From positions 57,590 through 121,589 of the forward strand of contig JACQZM010000163.1 in NCBI GenBank assembly GCA_016213885.1: DNA of 64,000 nt, in the 5' to 3' direction. The notes under the pieces were generated by a model that was given only the letters and a program-made list of their open reading frames with translations, was not told the origin of the DNA and did not search any database. Source of the DNA: Candidatus Rifleibacteriota bacterium (lineage in GTDB: Bacteria > Muiribacteriota > UBA6191 > JACPRK01 > JACQZM01). Shown in pieces: positions 59,327 to 64,000 of this stretch. The translations under genes were made by a program, and so were the position numbers. Every line of letters begins with the position of its first letter. The first letter of the stretch is position 1.

Positions 59327-59662
59327 ATGAATCGCTCGCGGTGTTTGACCGTGGCTGCCGTGCTCTTGACCCTCGTCCTGATCTCGTCGGTGTCGGCGTC
59401 CTCGTTGACCCGGGAGCAGATCCTGAAGGAGCTCGGCGGCCTGGAGGTCTGCCTGAGGACGATGTGCCTTCCCGCGGGCGACGCCTCGATGTCGATCGGT
59501 GGCGCCCAGGCTCTGATCACCAAGCTCGGCCAGAACTCGAATGCTCTCGACAAGTGGGTCATCCAGCGGCTCAACGCCGTCGTCATCCTCCTGAAGCAGA
59601 AGAAGCTGAAGGAGGGGCTCGACGAGCTCCAGAAGATGATCAAGGAGCTGCCGGCCAAGTAG
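59327..59662 (+). CDS. Small secreted protein (111 aa), unknown function
   Basis: Signal peptide MNRSRCLTVAAVLLTLVLISSVSA; no recognisable family. Confidence 0.5.
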   Translation: MNRSRCLTVAAVLLTLVLISSVSASSLTREQILKELGGLEVCLRTMCLPAGDASMSIGGAQALITKLGQNSNALDKWVIQRLNAVVILLKQKKLKEGLDELQKMIKELPAK

Positions 59663-59750
59663 CCGCTGGCCGGGCGGGCGTCGTGGTAGCAGCAGCCAGA
59701 GAAGAGGAGCGGTGCGGCGGCGTCGTCCGGAAGCCCGGGGGGTCAACCAG

Positions 59751-60444
59751 CATGACCGGGTCCCGGGACCGGCCACGAGAGGTCGCCTCGTCAGGCATGT
59801 CCCGCCGGGAGGCTCTCTTCAGGGGTGCCCTGGTGGTCCCGCTCTGGGTCGGCGTCGTCTGGTGCACCCTGGTCGGACAAGCTCCAGCGGATGAGAAGAA
59901 GCCGGCTCCGGTCGTGGACCGGGAGGCGGTTCTCAAGGACTGCCGGGCGTTCCGGGCATTCTGTCGTGCCAAGGACGGGCGGATTCGCGACGCGCTCAAG
60001 CGCGGAGGCGATGAGATTGCACGCGACCTGGCCGAGCGACTCCAGACCGAGGAAGCGCGAATGCTCCGGCGCGTCATCTGGTACCTGGGACGCGATCGAT
60101 CCCAGGCAGACCGCGTGACGCAGTTCGGCAAGCTGCTCGAGGAGTGCCAGGGCCTGTCGGCCGACGAGGCGCTCAGGCGGCGCGTGGCGAGCAAGTTTGC
60201 CATCCCGACGTGGCTCGATGATCCGTTCCGGATCCGGGTCGACCACATCCGGCCGGCCGCCGCCGAGAAGGGAGCGGAGTCGGCTTGGGCGCCCGTCCGG
60301 CCCTCGGCGGTCACGGGCTACGGCCGCCCCGGCAGGGGGGCCAAGATCGATCTCAACCCGGTGGCCGCGCCCGCCAAGCCCGAGGGCGAAGGTGCTGCCG
60401 GGTCGGGCTCGGCAGGCTCCTCAGGCAGCAGGAACTCACGCTGA
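59751..60444 (+). CDS. Putative Tat-secreted protein, unknown function
   Basis: SRREALFRGALVVPLWVGVV twin-arginine-like signal; the start could be 59796. Confidence 0.4.
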
Positions 60445-61923
60445 TTCGACCTTCCCGTGCTCGGGGGCTCCGAGAAGGCCACCGACCAGTTCCTGGAGCG
60501 CGCTTCGATCGACCGGCTTCTCGAGGTACGCATTCGGATGGGGCAGGTGGTCGACATCCAGAAACGAGTGCACGAACGTCGAGGCCGCCGGGTCGCCTCC
60601 CAGCAGGCCGCTGACGACCACGACGGGGATGTCGCGATAGCTCTCCATCGACTTCAACTGGCGGTAGAACAGCGCGCCTGACTTCTTCGGCATCTGGATG
60701 TCCAGCGTGATCAGATCCGGCCGTCTGGCCGTGACCCGTTCCAGCGCCTCCTGCCCGGTCGAGGCCATGTCGACGTCGTACCCCAGACTCCGGATGATCG
60801 ACTCCATCAATGCCGCGCAGTCTGGCTCGTCTTCCACAACGAGCACCCTCCTGGGGAACTTGGCTCGAGTCATCATCGATCCGCTCCTTTCTGCTTTCAA
60901 CGTGAAGTGAAACGCCGCACCCGAACCGAGGTCGCTTTCACACCAGATCCGTCCCCCGTGGGCCTCCACCGCGGAGCGCGCGAACGCGAGCCCGAGTCCG
61001 GTCGAGTCGCTCGGGGCGTCGAGGGCGAGCTGGTGCGCGTCGAACAGAGTCGCGATCCGCGCGGGCGGGATGCCGGTTCCACTGTCCCTGCAGGTGAACT
61101 GCACCATCCGCTCGTCGTCGCGCGGCTCGACCGTCAGGACGACCTCGACCCGGAAGTCGTTGTGCTTGACCGCGTTCACGGCCAGGTTCAGCACGACCCG
61201 GCGGATCAGCTCCGGCTCCATGCTGACCAGGGGGCACGGGCTCGACGGGCGCACGAGATGGATGGAAACCTGCTTGGCCCCGAAATCGAGGTCGTCCAGG
61301 ACCGACTCCAGGAGCTCGACGGGGTCGACGAACCGGAGCCGCAACGCAGGCGCCGCCTCCAGCCTTGCGATGTCCAGCAGGTTCATGACGGATGTGGCCA
61401 TCAGACGGGCCTGTCTACGGACTCTCACCAGCGGGCGCCTGAGGGCCTCGTCCTGATGGATGAGCGGCTTGGCGAGCAAGACATCGGCGAACCCTGTGAT
61501 GCACGCGAGGTGGTTCTTGAAGTCGTGGACCAGGAAGCGGGTCGTGCGCTCCTTCACCTTCTCGAGGTCCACGAGCTGGGAGTTCTGTCGTCGGAGATGC
61601 CCTGACGCAGCCTCGAGCTCCTTCATGAGCGCGTCGGTCCTGGTCAGCTCCCGGCGAAGGTCGTCCCGCTGAGATTGGATGGTGAGCGCCTGCAGCCCGT
61701 AGACCAGACCGACCAGCGATCCCAGCATGCCGAACGCGAACGCCATGGGCAGCATCTTCAGCCCGAACGATTCGATGATCTGGGCGGACACGGTCGAGGA
61801 AAGGCCACCGCCGACGCAGTGTCCGGGAGCCTCGTGGAGCAGGGCGAAGACGACCATGGCCACCGGGTGCAGCACGACATAGCCGTTCAGGAAGCCGACG
61901 AGCGCGATCCGCGCCAGCCGCAT
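60436..61923 (-). CDS. Hybrid sensor histidine kinase (TM sensor, HisKA, HATPase, C-terminal REC)
   Basis: H-box FLVHDFKNHL, ATPase motifs (NLAVNAVKHN, DSGTGI, GLGLAFA), REC (VLVVEDE...LITLDIQMP). Confidence 0.85.
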   Translation of the reverse strand: MRLARIALVGFLNGYVVLHPVAMVVFALLHEAPGHCVGGGLSSTVSAQIIESFGLKMLPMAFAFGMLGSLVGLVYGLQALTIQSQRDDLRRELTRTDALMKELEAASGHLRRQNSQLVDLEKVKERTTRFLVHDFKNHLACITGFADVLLAKPLIHQDEALRRPLVRVRRQARLMATSVMNLLDIARLEAAPALRLRFVDPVELLESVLDDLDFGAKQVSIHLVRPSSPCPLVSMEPELIRRVVLNLAVNAVKHNDFRVEVVLTVEPRDDERMVQFTCRDSGTGIPPARIATLFDAHQLALDAPSDSTGLGLAFARSAVEAHGGRIWCESDLGSGAAFHFTLKAERSGSMMTRAKFPRRVLVVEDEPDCAALMESIIRSLGYDVDMASTGQEALERVTARRPDLITLDIQMPKKSGALFYRQLKSMESYRDIPVVVVSGLLGGDPAASTFVHSFLDVDHLPHPNAYLEKPVDRSALQELVGGLLGAPEHGKVESA

Positions 61924-61987
61924 GCCGTCTCACCTCCGATCGCTCGTGGGCCGCACTCGATCCTGACCGCTCGTCACGAACAGGGTC

Positions 61988-62003
61988 AGCAGGACCAGTG
62001 CCA
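61988..62003 (-). promoter_or_regulatory. Sigma-54 promoter TGGCAC-tggtc-CTGCT (minus strand); AATAGTGT motif about 85 bp upstream at 62085-62092
   Basis: Exact spacing; upstream of the hybrid kinase gene. Confidence 0.5.
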
Positions 62004-62172
62004 CTACCCTCGGCGAAGGTCGAGGGGCTCAGCATCCACTACGCGAACGGGTGGCTTCCTCCACGAACCGGGCTCTCTTTTCAGAATAGTGTCCAAGACG
62101 GCGTGAGAAATCTCTCCAATCGAGAGCGGGAACGAGGTGCCCGTGAGGGACATCCTCAGGGGGATCCGGTCT

Positions 62173-62664
62173 TCATCTCCGGTGACCGCGAATCGCCAGG
62201 AACTCGGCCACGAGCTGGGACACGGCCTCCTCGAGGTGTGCCACGACCGCCTCGCTCTCCGGATCGGAGAGAGAGCCGGTCGCGGCGATGACGGGTGGAC
62301 CGCTGCGCGCCCCGACAACCTGGACCCTCACCGTGGCGAGCGGATAATCACGAGTCAGTCGGGCCCTCACCCAGGCCTCGACGGTTTCGTCTCCCGCGTG
62401 GTTCTTGACGCCCACGGAACAGAAGATCGTCTCCACGCGATCCGGATGGGGAGCCGGCGGCGCGACGGCCGGCGGGCCTCCCCGCGCGCGGCTATGCAAC
62501 TGGGGCAATACGCGGCGAAAATAGTCCCGCAGAGCCATGCGCATGACCGCGTTCATCGACTCACCCAGGAGTTGCGCCGTCTCCACGAGGCGCTTGGCGT
62601 CTGGTTCTCCAAGGTACAAGACCAGCTGGCGACGTCCAGTTCGAGCGCGGTTCGAGTCTGCCAT
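62173..62664 (-). CDS. Ribbon-helix-helix (CopG/Arc-type) regulator fused to a ferredoxin-like C-terminal domain (NikR-like architecture)
   Basis: RRQLVLYLGEPDAKRLVETAQLLGESMNAVMRMALRDYF (RHH), then ETIFCSVGVKNHAGDETVEAWVRARL...VRVQVV (beta-alpha-beta-beta-alpha-beta-like). Confidence 0.45.
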   Translation of the reverse strand: MADSNRARTGRRQLVLYLGEPDAKRLVETAQLLGESMNAVMRMALRDYFRRVLPQLHSRARGGPPAVAPPAPHPDRVETIFCSVGVKNHAGDETVEAWVRARLTRDYPLATVRVQVVGARSGPPVIAATGSLSDPESEAVVAHLEEAVSQLVAEFLAIRGHRR

Positions 62665-62974
62665 CCGCGCACCTCCCTATGTCTCCTGGCGGAGTACACT
62701 CACGAAAACGGTATCATACTAGTATACTACGCGTCCACACGGCGACTGCATGTTCCCGGAGGCGAACAGGTCTCGCGGGTCCGCCCACAGCTGAAGGTCG
62801 AGCGGCGTTCCCGGGACTCCGGACCGACCTCGAGGCGCAGGAGTCCTTGCGGGAGATGCCCCCCCCCCCAAGCAGACTCCCCATCTCGTGCAGGAGTACG
62901 CGCTGGAGTCGCCCCTGCCGAGAGCGCGCCACTGGCCTCAGCGAGAGTGCCCGCTTGCGCCGGGCCTCCAGGAC

Positions 62975-63185
62975 CCCCCACCTGGTTGGCGGAGTCGGGC
63001 CTGTGATCAGGCCTCGGCCTGGCGGCAGAGTCACCAGGGAAGAGGAGGGGTCCGGATCGAGGCCCGGCGCGGGAGAGAGATGAAAGAGGAGGGGATCCGG
63101 ATCGAGGTCGCGCTCGGGGGCGCGACTCGGACCCGGCGAGGCGCCGGGTCTTGCGACTCGGATCCGGCGAGGCGCCGGGTCTTGG
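62975..63185 (-). repeat. Copy D (inverted) of the composite repeat with nested direct repeats
   Basis: Reverse complement is near-identical to 34811-35035, including both direct-repeat pairs and the hairpin core. Poly-C(11) tract at 62859-62869 lies nearby. Confidence 0.65.
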
Positions 63186-63232
63186 GCCCGACGTTGCGGA
63201 TCTCCGATCGCCTGCCCTATTCTTACGTTCCC

Positions 63233-64000
63233 ATGGCAGTCGTGTGCCCTCGATGTGGCGCTTTCCCCACGAAGGCGCTGGTGACCCACTGCGCGTCCTG
63301 TGGCGCTCCGCTCAGCCGAGCCGTGGAGACCCAGAGCGGCAGTCCAGCGGGAGCGCAGGTCTCCGAAGACGCGGCCGTACCACCCACGCGCAGGGGGGGC
63401 GAGGTCGGGCCTGCCACGCAGCACACGACCAAGCTCTCACAGCGTTTCCTGTCTCAGTACCGCATCCAGGAAACGCTCGGCGCGGGTGCCATGGGCGTCG
63501 TCTACAAGGCTGTCCAGCTGGGGCTGGATCGAGAGGTGGCCATCAAGGTCCCGTCGATCTCGTCGCCAGAGCTGATGGCGCGCTTCGTCCGTGAGGGCAG
63601 GATCCTGGCCCGCCTCGAACACGCGAACCTCGTCCGCGTCTACGATGCAGGCGAGGACGAGGGCCAGCCCTATATCGTCTTCGAGTTCGTCAGGGGCCAT
63701 ACTCTGAGAGCGGTGTGCCAGGCGAGATTGCTGCCGGTGCCGGTGGCGGTCGGCCTCTGCGTGCAGATGCTGGAGGGCTTGGGTCACGCGCATCGTCACC
63801 ACGTGCTGCACCGTGACGTCAAGTCCGATAACGCCCTCGTGACCGCCGATGGCACGGTCAAGCTCGCCGACTTCGGCCTGGCCCGGTCGGAGGTCGAGTC
63901 CGGGGGAACCTGCCAGGGCTTGATCCTGGGAACAGCGGCGTACATGTCTCCAGAGCAAGCCCAGGGTCTGCCGCTCGATGCCAGGGCCGATCTGTATTCG
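63233..64000 (+). CDS. Ser/Thr protein kinase with N-terminal zinc-ribbon (CPRCG...CASCG), 3' end outside window
   Basis: LGAGAMGVVYKAV (Gly loop), AIKVP, HRDVKSDN, DFGLA, AAYMSPE. Not in the ORF track because it has no stop. Confidence 0.8.
   Translation, partial: MAVVCPRCGAFPTKALVTHCASCGAPLSRAVETQSGSPAGAQVSEDAAVPPTRRGGEVGPATQHTTKLSQRFLSQYRIQETLGAGAMGVVYKAVQLGLDREVAIKVPSISSPELMARFVREGRILARLEHANLVRVYDAGEDEGQPYIVFEFVRGHTLRAVCQARLLPVPVAVGLCVQMLEGLGHAHRHHVLHRDVKSDNALVTADGTVKLADFGLARSEVESGGTCQGLILGTAAYMSPEQAQGLPLDARADLYS

Overview
High-GC (about 68-70%) bacterial chromosomal segment. The abundance of Ser/Thr kinases, sigma-54 machinery and HEAT/TPR repeat proteins suggests a soil lineage (Acidobacteria-, Myxococcota- or Rokubacteria-like); this is inference only. 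Contents, start to end: (1) a HAMP-only sensor translationally coupled to a transporter, an FecR-like lipoprotein, a three-gene pseudopilin cluster and a divergent CHASE2 Ser/Thr kinase. (2) A vapBC toxin-antitoxin pair and a TPR protein. (3) One giant 3062-aa NRPS (11173-20361) with architecture C-A-T-C-C-A-T-R and an unusual C-terminal cyclic-nucleotide-binding domain, followed 28 bp later by a membrane-anchored 1100-aa HEAT-repeat protein. (4) A roughly 4.5-kb patch of selfish-element remnants: AAA-ATPase/PD-(D/E)XK, Rpn nuclease, an IS630 transposase fragment and a frameshifted membrane-protein pseudogene. (5) An LTA-synthase-family protein, a kinase gene remnant, a Zn-metalloprotease lipoprotein, a frameshifted proC and an M24 peptidase. 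(6) An arsenosugar-type radical SAM ArsS with its AhpD-like partner. (7) An msrA / FGGY sugar kinase / PAS-GAF hybrid histidine kinase operon with overlapping start and stop codons. (8) A CusA/CusB heavy-metal RND pair (cusA carries an in-frame TAG), a DUF3347-like periplasmic protein, a transsulfuration PLP enzyme and two tandem TolC-like outer-membrane proteins. (9) A coiled-coil / outer-membrane-barrel / YfiR-like operon, a Uma2 endonuclease, an NtrC-type sigma-54 activator with its kinase, two secreted proteins, another hybrid kinase, an RHH regulator and a partial Ser/Thr kinase. Two non-coding signals stand out: a set of five to six sigma-54-type promoters (TGGCAC-N5-TGCA/T) in front of envelope, efflux and signalling genes, several with an AATAGT[C/G]T inverted-repeat motif 80-110 bp upstream; and a four-copy composite repeat family with nested direct repeats and a GGCCTG-ATCA-CAGGCC hairpin core. 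The large all-frame ORFs antisense to the NRPS, kinase and RND genes are GC-driven artefacts.
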